A DNA stretch of 36,736 bases. Origin: a virus. Its lineage: Duplodnaviria > Caudoviricetes. The number at the start of each line of letters is the position of its first letter. The stretch's first letter is position 1. The stretch is taken from positions 1 through 36,736 of IMG/VR virus record IMGVR_UViG_3300030376_003833; one strand, written 5' to 3'. The notes beneath the pieces were generated by a model. It had not been told where the DNA came from and did not search any database. It saw only the letters and a list, made by a program, of their open reading frames with translations. Below are positions 14,398 through 25,725 of the stretch, one piece after another. The position numbers and the translations under genes were made by a program.

Positions 14398-16289
14398 ATA
14401 TTGAAAAAAATTTAATTTGTCAACATCCTACATGTAAAACAATTCTAAAAGGAAGACAAAGAAGATATTGCTCTGATACATGCAAAAGATATGTACAGAA
14501 TCAACGAGCATTAACTGGTGACAAAACTTTAGGCATACCTAAGAAACAAACTAAAAGTGCAACTTCAAGAAAAGGTGAATACTATGAGCAGTTTATTGAA
14601 GATGGATATGGTTTAGAAATACTTAAAGGAGAAATGTCAGCAAGAGAAGTAGCAGATATATATCAAATATCTCCTGCACAGGTATCAAGAATGTATGCTG
14701 CATTTATTGAAGAAGAAGAACTTAAAACTAAAAGAGAAGACTGGACAGCACCTAAAGCAGCAATTAAATCATTAGCTGATTTTAAAGAATTTAGAGATAG
14801 GTATTTTAAAACAGAGACAGGAAGTAAATATGAAACACCTGACTTTCAAGAAAAATGGGTAAAGTCTATTGCTCAAAATATTGATGAAGGAGGAAACTTA
14901 ATGATACTAAGTCCACCTCGTCATGGTAAGACAGAACTTTTAATTCATTTTGCTATATGGCAAATATGTAAAAATCCTAACGTTAGAATTATGTGGGTTG
15001 GAGGTAATGAAGATATTGCTAAAAATGCTGTAGGTTCAGTATTAGACCACTTAGACTCTAACGATAAACTTATAGAAGAATTTTGTGGACCAGGAGCATC
15101 ATTTAGACCTAAGAGTAGGTCAGGTAAGAACTGGTCACAGACTGCATTTTCTGTAGCTACAAGAAATGTTACAGGTATTAAGTCACCAACAATGGTTGCT
15201 GTAGGTAAGGGTGGTAAGATTTTATCTCGTGACTGCGACTTGATTATAGCAGATGACATAGAAGATTTTGGTTCAACTGCACAACCATCAGGTAGAGCAG
15301 CAACTAAAAGATGGTGGACAACAACTTTATCCTCCCGTGTTGAGGCACATACATCAGTAGTAGTTATTGGTTCAAGACAACACTCAGATGATTTATATAA
15401 CTCTTTATTAGAAAACAATGCTTGGGAAAATATAGTAGAGCAAGCTCATTCAGATGATTGCGAAATACCGGAAGCAGATTTTGATGAACATCAAGAATGT
15501 ATGCTATGGACAGGTAAAAGAGATTACAAATGGTTAAACACACAAAAAGAAGCATCAGCTACAACAGGTGGTGTTCATGTATTTGAAATGGTTTATTTAA
15601 ATAGAGCAAATCCAAAAGGTGCATCTATCTTTAGTCCTGAAGCAATTACAAAATGTTATGATAATACGCTAGACATAGGTGACGTTACAGAATCTGCATA
15701 TTTAGTTGCAGGTCTTGACCCTGCTGCAACAGGATATCAAGCAGCATTTTTATGGGCTATTTATGATGACTCACCATTAAGACTACAAATGATTGATTTA
15801 GAAAATAATAAAGGTGGAGGTATTAAAGAAGCATTAAGAGTTATGAAAGAGTGGGAGCAACTTTATGGTTGTTATCACTGGGTTATAGAAGAAAATGCTT
15901 TTCAAAGAGCTATACGACAAGATAGAGAATTAAAAGAGTATTGTGCAACAGCAGGTATTATACACGAAGGACATCAGACTCAAGCAAAAAACAAATGGGA
16001 TTCTAAATATGGAGTTACAGCTATGACATCTTTGTTTACAGACAAGAATATAATTCTTCCTTATAAATCTCCTGAAGCAAAAGTTAAATCAGATATGTAT
16101 AAAAAACAACTTTCTTTCTTTGCAAGTAAAGGAAGAGGATATAAATCAGATATTGTTATGGCTAGTTGGTTTCCTATGAAAGTTATTAGAAGATTACAAA
16201 CTGCCAAATTTGATGATATGATGGTAGAATATAGACCATCGTATGGTGGTTTAGATATGGCATCTTGGAACGATGCTCCATGGAGTTAA
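14391..16289 (+). CDS. terL: Terminase large subunit with an N-terminal zinc-finger + HTH extension
   Basis: Walker A PPRHGKT, Walker B LIIADD, coupling motif VIGSR, nuclease GLDPA and SDIVMA. Confidence 0.92.
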   Translation: MVDIEKNLICQHPTCKTILKGRQRRYCSDTCKRYVQNQRALTGDKTLGIPKKQTKSATSRKGEYYEQFIEDGYGLEILKGEMSAREVADIYQISPAQVSRMYAAFIEEEELKTKREDWTAPKAAIKSLADFKEFRDRYFKTETGSKYETPDFQEKWVKSIAQNIDEGGNLMILSPPRHGKTELLIHFAIWQICKNPNVRIMWVGGNEDIAKNAVGSVLDHLDSNDKLIEEFCGPGASFRPKSRSGKNWSQTAFSVATRNVTGIKSPTMVAVGKGGKILSRDCDLIIADDIEDFGSTAQPSGRAATKRWWTTTLSSRVEAHTSVVVIGSRQHSDDLYNSLLENNAWENIVEQAHSDDCEIPEADFDEHQECMLWTGKRDYKWLNTQKEASATTGGVHVFEMVYLNRANPKGASIFSPEAITKCYDNTLDIGDVTESAYLVAGLDPAATGYQAAFLWAIYDDSPLRLQMIDLENNKGGGIKEALRVMKEWEQLYGCYHWVIEENAFQRAIRQDRELKEYCATAGIIHEGHQTQAKNKWDSKYGVTAMTSLFTDKNIILPYKSPEAKVKSDMYKKQLSFFASKGRGYKSDIVMASWFPMKVIRRLQTAKFDDMMVEYRPSYGGLDMASWNDAPWS

Positions 16290-18047
16290 ATGTTAGTAAG
16301 TGATATAGTCAGCAGAGCAGTATATCTTAGAAATATGCATGATAATGCATTGACAGATAGAGCAAGATTTAGAGCAATAATGAATGGTGGAGCAGACGGT
16401 ATCAGAGCATTACTTGGTAATCAACTTGATATGATGGATGAATCAATATTACCTGCTCCTAATCTTCTTATGTCAGGACTAGATAGACTTGCACAAAAAT
16501 TAGGACGAGTTCCAAACTTAAGAGTAGATTTAACTAATCCAAGAGATTCTGAAAGGTCAAAAAGAAAAAAAGAAAAACTTGAAAGAATAATAACTTCATT
16601 TGACCAAATGCAAAATCTTAAGGGTCAGTTACCTCAAGTAGCTAGATGGCTACCAGGGTATGGTTTTGCTGTATGGATAATTACTACAAAACAAGATGCA
16701 GAAGGTAATTCATATCCGGTAGCAGAACTAAGAGACCCTTATGATTGTTTTCCTGGTTATTATGGTGCAGACCAAACTCCTGATGAATTAGTAACAATTA
16801 GAAGAGTTCCTATTGGTGAACTTATAGAATTGTATCCTGAACTTAAATCACATTTTAATAGTGCAGATAATAAAAAGAAAAATGCAGGTGTGAATGTTAG
16901 TTCAGTATATAACAATACAAGTGTAGAAAATGGTTCATGGGAAAACTCAAATGATAATGGCGATAACATTATTGAGTACATGAACATAGAGGGAACATAT
17001 ATTGTACACCCTGCATCAGGAAAAATTGTAGATTTCGTTCCTAACCCACTTAAGTCAGGTCCTGCTTTTGTTGTAGCTAAAAGATTTAGCTTTGACCAAA
17101 TGCAAGGACAGTTTGACCAAACTATAGGTTTAATGTCAGCTATGGCAAAGATTAATATTATGTCAGTCATTGCTATGGAAGATGCTGTATTTACAGAAAC
17201 TAACGTAGTTGGTGAAATAGAGTCAGGACAATATCGTAAAGGTAGATTTGCAGTAAACTACTTAACACCAGGTTCACAAGTAGTAAAACCAGTAAACAAC
17301 TTACCATATCAATTATTTGAGCAAGTAGGAAGAATTGAAAGACATCTTAGAGTTGTAGCAGGTTATCCTGTACAAGATGACGCAATATCTCCTAATTCTT
17401 TTGTAACAGGTAGAGGTTTAGAAGAACTTCAAAGTGGTGTTTCTCTTATGGTTAGAGAATACCAACAAATATTATCAAAAGCATTAGAAGATGTTGACCA
17501 TAAAAGATTAGAACTTGATGAAGTATTATTTAATGAAAAAAGAAAACCGCTATCAGGTTATATAAAAGGCGCAGCTTTTTCAGAAACATACACACCAAAA
17601 ACAGATATTAATAAAAATTACAAAACTACAAGAGTTTATGGAACGATGGCAGGTTTTGATGAACCACAAAAAATCATAACAGGGTTGCAATTACTTCAAG
17701 CAGGTATTATAGATAGACAAACCATGCAAGAAGAAATGGACGGGCTACAAGACCTTACAAAGATAAACGATAGAATAACTAAAGAAAGAGCTGAAAGAGT
17801 ATTGTTTGAATCTTTATTAGCTAGGTCACAACAGGGAGATGTACAAGCTATGTCTGCTATTACAGAAATATATAGAAATCCAAATAAGATAGATGATATT
17901 TTAGAAAGTTTTTTTGCAGAACAAGTAGAACAACAACAACAAGCTGCTGCTATGCAACAACAGCCTGGTCAAGTTCCTGGACAAGCTCCAGGTCAAGGAC
18001 CATCATCAATACAAGATGTATTTGCACAGATTGCTGCAGGTCAGTAA
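16290..18047 (+). CDS. Portal protein
   Basis: 585 aa directly after terL. PGYGFAV and RDPYDCFP motifs and a Gln/Pro-rich C-terminal tail. Confidence 0.85.
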   Translation: MLVSDIVSRAVYLRNMHDNALTDRARFRAIMNGGADGIRALLGNQLDMMDESILPAPNLLMSGLDRLAQKLGRVPNLRVDLTNPRDSERSKRKKEKLERIITSFDQMQNLKGQLPQVARWLPGYGFAVWIITTKQDAEGNSYPVAELRDPYDCFPGYYGADQTPDELVTIRRVPIGELIELYPELKSHFNSADNKKKNAGVNVSSVYNNTSVENGSWENSNDNGDNIIEYMNIEGTYIVHPASGKIVDFVPNPLKSGPAFVVAKRFSFDQMQGQFDQTIGLMSAMAKINIMSVIAMEDAVFTETNVVGEIESGQYRKGRFAVNYLTPGSQVVKPVNNLPYQLFEQVGRIERHLRVVAGYPVQDDAISPNSFVTGRGLEELQSGVSLMVREYQQILSKALEDVDHKRLELDEVLFNEKRKPLSGYIKGAAFSETYTPKTDINKNYKTTRVYGTMAGFDEPQKIITGLQLLQAGIIDRQTMQEEMDGLQDLTKINDRITKERAERVLFESLLARSQQGDVQAMSAITEIYRNPNKIDDILESFFAEQVEQQQQAAAMQQQPGQVPGQAPGQGPSSIQDVFAQIAAGQ

Positions 18048-18235
18048 TGGATGAATACATAAACGAAAAATTTATAGATATAATTTTAGAAGAATATCCA
18101 AATGTAGCAGATGATGTTTTATTTCAAGAAGAAGAAAATTATCAAGATTATATAATTAATGCTGTGACTATTGCACAGTTTCCTGGAATAAGAATAGAGC
18201 TAGTAGTAATAAGGGATGACAATGACCAGAGGTAA
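18047..18235 (+). CDS. Hypothetical acidic protein
   Basis: 62 aa, TAATG coupling. Confidence 0.65.
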   Translation: MDEYINEKFIDIILEEYPNVADDVLFQEEENYQDYIINAVTIAQFPGIRIELVVIRDDNDQR

Positions 18236-18620
18236 AGATAAATTAAATTACAGTCCAGGCAAAGACCAAATAAGTCCGTCAGATTTAGTTGGTGGAGGAC
18301 AAGATTTAGAAAAAGCAAGAAATCAAGAATTAGTAAGAAGTTTTGAACAATACAGAGAACCTGATGTTGGGGAATTAGTACAAGAAGTTGAGCCAATAGA
18401 TACAGTTAGAGCAACAGGTCAAGGTGTAACTCCGCTTACAGCAGAGACACAAAGAAGAAATGTATCAGCTATTTATGACTCAGTAACCTCACAGACCCAA
18501 GTTCCTGTTGATAAGTTAGCAGTATTAAGGACATTGTATAATGTTTATCCTGATGTGGATATATTAGCCTTAATGGAAAGTGAGATGAAGAAGCAACAAA
18601 ATACTTATGGTGCTAGTTAA
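18216..18620 (+). CDS. Hypothetical virion-region protein
   Basis: 134 aa, C-terminal LRTLYNVYPDVDILAL. Confidence 0.7.
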   Translation: MTMTRGKDKLNYSPGKDQISPSDLVGGGQDLEKARNQELVRSFEQYREPDVGELVQEVEPIDTVRATGQGVTPLTAETQRRNVSAIYDSVTSQTQVPVDKLAVLRTLYNVYPDVDILALMESEMKKQQNTYGAS

Positions 18621-18632
18621 GGAGGAGTCAGC

Positions 18633-21600
18633 ATGAGATTTTCACAATATTGGGTAGACCCTGATGCAGAGTTGCAACAAATATTTGACCAAGAACGAGA
18701 AATAAAACAAACTGAGATTATTAAAAATCAAATATCTAAATCTCAAGGATTTCATACATCACAACTTGCAGGTCAATATGGAAACGTTATGCCTAGTGGA
18801 GCTATTATTGCTTCAGGTTTATCTCAACTTGCTGCAGAAGCACCTGAAATAAAACAAGTTGTAGATTCATATTTAGAACAACAAGCATCTATATCTAAAA
18901 GAATTAGAGATGCAGGAAGAAGTTTTGTAAGAACAGCTTTTGTTGCTGCAGATTCATTAGCAGAGGCTGTTATTAAAAGACCTTTTCAAGCTGCTGCTGC
19001 TACACATGTGCAAAGAGGAGATAATCCCATACTTGCATTAGGTGGACCGTTGTTAGGTTTTCTTACAGACCCTTTTACAAGAGATGAAGGTGAAGATTCT
19101 TTTATTAAAAAATATAAAGAAAACAAAGAACAATTAGGACCTACAGTATTTGGCAGAGCTGTAGATGAATTAGCTGCAGGTAACAACGTAAACTTAGGTT
19201 CAGGTTTTTTTGGAAACAGTGATGTTGCAGAAAACATGGATATATTTAAAGCTATTGTAGATTCTACTGATGATGAAGAAGTAATATTTCAAGCAAAAAA
19301 TATAATAGAACAACAATTAGGTAAACCTATAACAATAGAAGAAAGACAAGATGTAAATAGTTTGTTATCACAAGACGGATATATATTGTCTCCAGGTACA
19401 GTTGTAGCTTCAAATGTCTATGAACCAGGAACTAAAGCATTTAACATTATGTCAGGTGCAATAGACTTTGGTGTTACCGCAGGATTAGACCCACTTAACT
19501 TTGTTGGTGCAGGTATTGGAAAAATAGGAAAAGCAAAAAAAGCATTTAAGACTGGTGAGTCACTACAAGGTGTAGGAATTATAGATAAAGCAATTAGAAA
19601 ATCTGTACATTCTCCTACTGCAGATGATTACTTTTTAAGAGGTCCAGGTAGAAATATAGCTGAACTAATGGGTAAAGAAACAAATGTTAAAAATATACAA
19701 AAGATGTTTGGTAAAAATAGAGATGCTATACCACATGAAATATATAGAGAACTTGCAGATGGAGGAACAGAGGGAGTAATAAATACTTTAAAAAGAGAAA
19801 TATCAAGAGGAACTATTACTGAAAGGTTTGACCCTACTTCAGCCATATTTAACGGAAAGTTTTCTACAACACTAGGTAAGATGTTTGACCCTGAGTTTGC
19901 AGACTTAGGATTAAAAGCTGTAGTTAAAAGACAATGGGAAGGAACACCTATTGTACGTATGATGGGAGACTTACCTCCAGTAAACTTAAATGTAAAAAAC
20001 TTAGATGAAGCCTACGACCAACTAAATGAATTTATGGATGGTGTAGGAATTGCAGTAGACAAACAAGATGAACTTTTACGAAAATTTGTAGACATTTCAT
20101 CTGAAGTTAAAGGTAAAGGAGCAAATCCAAATGAAGCTATACCTAGTTATGGTATTGTATCTAAAGTATTTAAGTTTTTAAATGACGAAGTATTTCCTGC
20201 TACAGATGAAGTATTAGGTGAAGGATATGTAGGTAGAGCATTTGAGAAGTTTGAAGCAGATACATCTAAGATGAGAGACTACTTTCACGATGAGTTAGGT
20301 AATCCTGAAGCATTTTTAGGAACTAAAACAGATATTATTGTAGATGGAAAGATACAAATACAACCAACTGCACATTTGTTTGCTGAATATTTTGATGGAA
20401 ATATATTTTTACCTGGTGGTAGAGACTTATCAAGAATTGTAGGTAACACAAGAAATGCTATGTGGAGACTTATTGGTGGTAGAAAACTAACAGGAAAAGA
20501 TTTAACATTAGAAACATTTGTTAAAGCACAATCCGAAGATGCAAACTTTGTAGCAAAAAATCTTTCTAAATTATTTTATGGCGTTGACCCTGATGGTGTA
20601 AGGGTTACAGAAGGAGCATTAACACAGATAGCAGATACATATATGCAGGGTTTATGGAAACCGTTTATTCTTCTTAGAGCAGCTTGGACAACAAGAGTTG
20701 TTGGTGAAGAGCAAGCAAGAATGTGGGCAGCAGATATGACAAGCGTATTTAATCATCCAATATCACATATTGCATGGGTGTTAGGAACACCATCTGCAGG
20801 TAAGTATGTAGGTAAAGTAGAAAATACATTAGCAAAAATACCAGGAGTTAAAGCGAGAGGATTGGAAGATATATTAGGAAATGAGTTTTTAATGGATGTA
20901 TCTTTTAAAAATGCTATGGCTAGAGGTAAGTCAGTATCTATTGGTGGACTTGCACCTAAAAGAACAAATATATTTGTAGCTGTTGCTAAAGGTAATAAAA
21001 AATATTTAGATGGTTATGTATTAGAAAATACATTATTAGCTAATGATGTTCTTGCTAGAGAACTAGCTCGAACAATTAGTAATTCAAAAAGCACTTATGC
21101 AACGCTAGATGAATTAGTGGATGCAGCCTATAGCGGTGATTTAAAACCATTACTTGATGACTTTGTAGAGTTAGCAGACGATGCTTCATATTCTCAAAAA
21201 GCTAGAATTACAGAATCAAAAGAAAACGTAAGAGCTTATTTAGAATCTATACAAGCAAGGTTACACAAGCAAGCAGGTGGAAAATATGAGAAGTATGTAG
21301 TTGTTGATGGTCAGGAAATAATATTAAAAGCAGGAGAATCAATACCTACTCAATATGCAGACGCTGTTCCTAGGTTTAGAATTGTGCAAACAGGTGATGA
21401 AGAAATAATAAACTTAATAGCTAATGGTAGTGGAGAAGTAGCAGGTAAATTTATATCATTAGAAAACATATCAAAAGAATTTAAAGCAGAATATGACCAA
21501 ACAAAACAAGCACTCGGTTCAAAATTAAAGCAATGGGATAACAGTGATTTACCATTTAACAGACCTGAATTTGTTAAAGTATCAAAAGTAGACGTAGACT

Positions 21601-23528
21601 CAAGTCTTTTAAGTAAATATGATGAAGTGGTATCTTCTATATTTAGAATATTTGGTTCTACACCTACCAATAAATTATCAAGGTCTCCTGCATTTAGACA
21701 ATTTTATTTTGATAAAATGGAAAAACTTGCACCAAGTCTTACAGAGACTGCATTAAATAATCTTATTAAACAGGCTAAGAAAAATAACCTAGATAAAAAT
21801 TATATTAAAAGGTTAGAATCATTAGTTTCAGATGTAGATAAATCTTTTAAAATTGGAACGCAAAAAGCTGATGATATTGCTAAAGGTTTTGCATTAGAAG
21901 AAACTAGAAGATTGCTATATGATTTAAATAAACGGTCACAGTTTGCAGATGCTACAAGATTGATATTTCCTTTCGTTGAAGTGTATAAAGAAGTTATAGG
22001 AACATGGTCAAGACTTATAGCAACTAATCCAGGTAAATTAAGAAAAGCAGAACTATTAGTTAACAAAGCACAAGAGAATGGATTCTTTACTACAGACCCT
22101 GTTACAGGAGAAGAAGTATTTAACTTTCCATTTAATGAAGGATTAAGTGACAGTATTGTTGATGAAGAGTCAGGAATTAGAGCCAATCTTGTAGGTTATA
22201 CATCAGGTCTTAACTTAATAGGTCAAAGTGTTTTACCAGGGTTTGGACCAGTTATTCAATTACCTGCTTCTTATTTACCTGATACAGAAAGATTTGCATC
22301 ACTTAAAAAGGTTATATTCCCATTAGGAGAACCTGCAAATGTAGGACCTATTGAAGCTGCATTACCTACTTGGTATAAGAAAGTATTAACACTTGGTGAT
22401 GACGCAGACCCACAGTATAGAAGATTGTTTGCAAATGTAGCATCAGATATATTAAAAGCAAGAGTTCTTGCAGGTCAAGCTAAATTTACTACTACACAAG
22501 AAAGAAGAGAAGCTGTAAAGTCTGCAGAAAAAACAGCAACATTTGTAACATTGATACAAGCGGCTTTAGCTTTCGCTGCACCTACAGGAGGTACAGTTAG
22601 ATATTACAAACAAGTACCTGAAGAATTTTTAACAGATGAAGTACAAGAAAAACTTAAATTAGATATTAGGGACTTTCCTGCAACAGATGATGGTGCAGTT
22701 ATGTTTGGTTTTTCTATATTTACAGATTTATATTATGACATGCTTAGAAGAAATAAAGGTGATTCTTATGAAGCAACAAATGAATTTATAAATACTTTTG
22801 GTTTTGAACCATTTGCATTACTACAAAGAAAATCTAAAACAGTTGTAAGAACTCCATATACAGCAGAAGGTTCAGCATATATGGCGGAAAACAAAGATGT
22901 TTACGAGTTTGCACCAAACACTGCTTACTATCACAATACTGATAACCCACTAGATGAATTTGATATTGCTTCATACTGGAAAGCATTTACTGAAGGCAAT
23001 AGAGTATCTTTAAGCACTGACCAAGTTGCTGCAGAAATTATGAATGCAAAAGGTAGATTTATATATGAAGGACAAAGAAGAGCTTTATTAAATGATGCTA
23101 ACTATTTTGGTGTATCTGAATATGTTAGAAGACAAATACTTAAAGAAATTGAAATTCATCTTATAGAGACTTTACCTGGATTTAGAGAAAGTTTAGGTCT
23201 AGCAGGAACTATAGATACAGAATCACAAGTTCGTGAATTAAGAACATGGAAACAAAACTCTGTATTAGCAGGTTCTGATGCAGGAAAAGGATTGAGTAAG
23301 TATTTAGAAGCATTTGATAAAGTATTAGATTGGGGTAAAAGAAATATAAGACCTAATGTTACAATAGGTTCAGGAGATATGATGGCTCAACGACAATATC
23401 TACGTAGATACGTAGAAGATGTTTTATTAAAAGAACACCCTGATTTTTATCATTTATGGGTTAATATATTATCAAGGCAACTAGAAGAAGATATTGCTAC
23501 AACACAAAATATTGAGTTAGGATTTTAA
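18633..23528 (+). CDS. Large (1631 aa) probable internal virion / DNA-ejection protein
   Basis: Size, helical composition, DPLNFVG and RLIFPF motifs, AAGGAGG RBS, and context in a genome lacking a tape measure protein. Confidence 0.65.
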   Translation: MRFSQYWVDPDAELQQIFDQEREIKQTEIIKNQISKSQGFHTSQLAGQYGNVMPSGAIIASGLSQLAAEAPEIKQVVDSYLEQQASISKRIRDAGRSFVRTAFVAADSLAEAVIKRPFQAAAATHVQRGDNPILALGGPLLGFLTDPFTRDEGEDSFIKKYKENKEQLGPTVFGRAVDELAAGNNVNLGSGFFGNSDVAENMDIFKAIVDSTDDEEVIFQAKNIIEQQLGKPITIEERQDVNSLLSQDGYILSPGTVVASNVYEPGTKAFNIMSGAIDFGVTAGLDPLNFVGAGIGKIGKAKKAFKTGESLQGVGIIDKAIRKSVHSPTADDYFLRGPGRNIAELMGKETNVKNIQKMFGKNRDAIPHEIYRELADGGTEGVINTLKREISRGTITERFDPTSAIFNGKFSTTLGKMFDPEFADLGLKAVVKRQWEGTPIVRMMGDLPPVNLNVKNLDEAYDQLNEFMDGVGIAVDKQDELLRKFVDISSEVKGKGANPNEAIPSYGIVSKVFKFLNDEVFPATDEVLGEGYVGRAFEKFEADTSKMRDYFHDELGNPEAFLGTKTDIIVDGKIQIQPTAHLFAEYFDGNIFLPGGRDLSRIVGNTRNAMWRLIGGRKLTGKDLTLETFVKAQSEDANFVAKNLSKLFYGVDPDGVRVTEGALTQIADTYMQGLWKPFILLRAAWTTRVVGEEQARMWAADMTSVFNHPISHIAWVLGTPSAGKYVGKVENTLAKIPGVKARGLEDILGNEFLMDVSFKNAMARGKSVSIGGLAPKRTNIFVAVAKGNKKYLDGYVLENTLLANDVLARELARTISNSKSTYATLDELVDAAYSGDLKPLLDDFVELADDASYSQKARITESKENVRAYLESIQARLHKQAGGKYEKYVVVDGQEIILKAGESIPTQYADAVPRFRIVQTGDEEIINLIANGSGEVAGKFISLENISKEFKAEYDQTKQALGSKLKQWDNSDLPFNRPEFVKVSKVDVDSSLLSKYDEVVSSIFRIFGSTPTNKLSRSPAFRQFYFDKMEKLAPSLTETALNNLIKQAKKNNLDKNYIKRLESLVSDVDKSFKIGTQKADDIAKGFALEETRRLLYDLNKRSQFADATRLIFPFVEVYKEVIGTWSRLIATNPGKLRKAELLVNKAQENGFFTTDPVTGEEVFNFPFNEGLSDSIVDEESGIRANLVGYTSGLNLIGQSVLPGFGPVIQLPASYLPDTERFASLKKVIFPLGEPANVGPIEAALPTWYKKVLTLGDDADPQYRRLFANVASDILKARVLAGQAKFTTTQERREAVKSAEKTATFVTLIQAALAFAAPTGGTVRYYKQVPEEFLTDEVQEKLKLDIRDFPATDDGAVMFGFSIFTDLYYDMLRRNKGDSYEATNEFINTFGFEPFALLQRKSKTVVRTPYTAEGSAYMAENKDVYEFAPNTAYYHNTDNPLDEFDIASYWKAFTEGNRVSLSTDQVAAEIMNAKGRFIYEGQRRALLNDANYFGVSEYVRRQILKEIEIHLIETLPGFRESLGLAGTIDTESQVRELRTWKQNSVLAGSDAGKGLSKYLEAFDKVLDWGKRNIRPNVTIGSGDMMAQRQYLRRYVEDVLLKEHPDFYHLWVNILSRQLEEDIATTQNIELGF

Positions 23529-24934
23529 TGACTGAAGACCAAATTAAAGCGTATGAAATAGGATTGCAACTTAAAAACTTTTCAACTTGGTATACATTTA
23601 ACTTAAAAGATAAAATAAATGACCTGAATAATTTTGCTAAAGTACTGCTAGAAAATACTTTTGGTTTAGTAATTAATGAGCAAAACTTAGGAAGAGTATT
23701 ATCTGCTGCAGCAGTAGCAGGTCAAGCAGGACCAGGAGAACCATCTGTATTACTTCAACCTGCAATAGAAGAAATGATAGAAAACCCACAAGATTTCAGT
23801 GATGTAATTGAAGCATTTAGTGCAGGTCTTTCAGGAGACAGTATAGAAAATGTTGATACTGAACCTGTTATTAATCCAATGATAGAGGGATTTGTAGATT
23901 TAGAAACAAGAGAAGAAAGAATAGAAGCTACAGAAGGTAGAAGAGTTTTCAAACCTTTATCTGTTCAGGAAAAACAACAACAATACCTTGACGAAAAACT
24001 AGCAGCAGGAGATTTCTCTGATGACAACTTAAACTTTGTGCAAACAATGTTACCATCAGACTTACCTTTTATAGGTCTTGGTGGAACTATAACACCTACC
24101 CAACCTGATAAATTACCATTGTATGTAGAGGGTATGCAGTATGGATTATTTAATGGTATGTCTGCAGAAGAATTAATTAATGTACAACTTGCTTTAGTAG
24201 AAGCAGAGTATTTATATCCAGGTTCTTTTGATGCGGGTGTACTTGATAACAGAACAATAGCTGCAATAAGTAAAGCTATGGAAGTTCAAAACTTACAAGG
24301 CAGAACTAATCCTACATTATCTTCAACAACTTCTGTTCAATTAGCACTTAGTGGTGCAGGTCCAGGTATAGCAAAAGACATAAGAGATTTCTTTATATCA
24401 GAAGTTAAAAAGGATGAACCAAGTGGACAAGCAGATTTAGCAATAGACGAAGCTATTCAGTTGTTTCCTGAGTTTTCTATAATTTATGGAGAAACTGCTG
24501 CAGAACAAATACTTGGAAGAAAACTTAGAAAAGAAGAAAGAGCATTAGCAGGTATGACTTATCAGGCTGCAGTAAGAGAAGCATCAGTTGAAATTCAAGA
24601 TATGCTAAAAGCTAGAGAGGAAGCTAGAAAAGAAGCTCAAAAAACTGTATTACGAACAGAGCAAATAAGATTACAAGCAGGATTACCTGAAGGTGTTTAT
24701 TCTGTTGAAGGAGCAGAGCAGTTTACTGCAGCTCCAGGAGATGCAGGTTCTGCACAAGAAATACAAAGACTTATAACTACATTGGCAGGACAAAGATTTG
24801 AAGATAAGATGAATTCTATTGGAGGATATGCTGCAGAATTAGATGAAAAAGACAGAGAACCAGAGATAAGGTCTAGGTCAAGAGCATTTGTATCAGCACT
24901 TAATTCTACAGGTTCAGGAGCATTAGGAGAATAA
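23528..24934 (+). CDS. Probable internal virion protein with a peptidoglycan-binding-like segment
   Basis: ELINVQLALVEAEYL...AGVLDNRTIAAI resembles the PG_binding_1 pattern. Confidence 0.55.
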   Translation: MTEDQIKAYEIGLQLKNFSTWYTFNLKDKINDLNNFAKVLLENTFGLVINEQNLGRVLSAAAVAGQAGPGEPSVLLQPAIEEMIENPQDFSDVIEAFSAGLSGDSIENVDTEPVINPMIEGFVDLETREERIEATEGRRVFKPLSVQEKQQQYLDEKLAAGDFSDDNLNFVQTMLPSDLPFIGLGGTITPTQPDKLPLYVEGMQYGLFNGMSAEELINVQLALVEAEYLYPGSFDAGVLDNRTIAAISKAMEVQNLQGRTNPTLSSTTSVQLALSGAGPGIAKDIRDFFISEVKKDEPSGQADLAIDEAIQLFPEFSIIYGETAAEQILGRKLRKEERALAGMTYQAAVREASVEIQDMLKAREEARKEAQKTVLRTEQIRLQAGLPEGVYSVEGAEQFTAAPGDAGSAQEIQRLITTLAGQRFEDKMNSIGGYAAELDEKDREPEIRSRSRAFVSALNSTGSGALGE

Positions 24935-25725
24935 TGAAGTTAACTGAAGAATTAATTAAACACATTGAGGACTTAGAAGGTTTTAAAACAAAAGCATATA
25001 GAGATGAGAACAATGTATTGACTATAGGTTTCGGTCATACTAATGCAACAGGAACATTTGACTTTGATAAAGATACTGAAATAAATAGAGAACAAGCATT
25101 AAAAATATTACAAGATGATTTATCAGATGCAGAAAATTATGTAGAAAGAATGCTTGCTAATAGAGACCTATCTGTAAGCAAAGAGAAAAAAGATTTTATG
25201 ACATTAGTTTATTTCAATAGACCTTGGGCTTTGAGAGAAACAATGGAAGTTATAGCAGAAGGAAATATGGATTTAGTTATTAAAAGCCAATTAGATTCTT
25301 ATAAAAAAAATAGAGAAGAAGATATACCTGATTGGTATGTCAATAGAATAAACAAAGAAGCAGCTTTTGCTAAAGAGTTTGATGACCCTGAAGAAACAGG
25401 AGGAGATGCTATGCCTGAAAAAACACCTGAAACAGGAAGAGCTAACACTGAAATGCCTGAACAATTATCTACTTTAATTAATAGAGATGGACAAGAAACA
25501 TTTGTACCTACAGAAATAGTTGAAGATTTACTTAAGACTGGTAAATATACAGAAACACCTGGCTCAGTCCAAGAGGGTCAAAAAGAAAAAGAAGTTAAAG
25601 ATGTTTTAACTGCGCATATATATTCTTACTTACAAAGTCAAAAAAGTGTTTATGAATCACAAGTTCCTAAAGAAGCAGGTTCAATAGAAGGCGCTAGAAT
25701 AAAGACTGAATTGGAAAGAAAATAA
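24934..25725 (+). CDS. Virion-associated lysozyme (GH24 / phage lysozyme) with an acidic C-terminal extension
   Basis: LEGFKTKAYRDENNVLTIGFGH contains the E-x8-D-x5-T triad. Confidence 0.85.
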   Translation: MKLTEELIKHIEDLEGFKTKAYRDENNVLTIGFGHTNATGTFDFDKDTEINREQALKILQDDLSDAENYVERMLANRDLSVSKEKKDFMTLVYFNRPWALRETMEVIAEGNMDLVIKSQLDSYKKNREEDIPDWYVNRINKEAAFAKEFDDPEETGGDAMPEKTPETGRANTEMPEQLSTLINRDGQETFVPTEIVEDLLKTGKYTETPGSVQEGQKEKEVKDVLTAHIYSYLQSQKSVYESQVPKEAGSIEGARIKTELERK

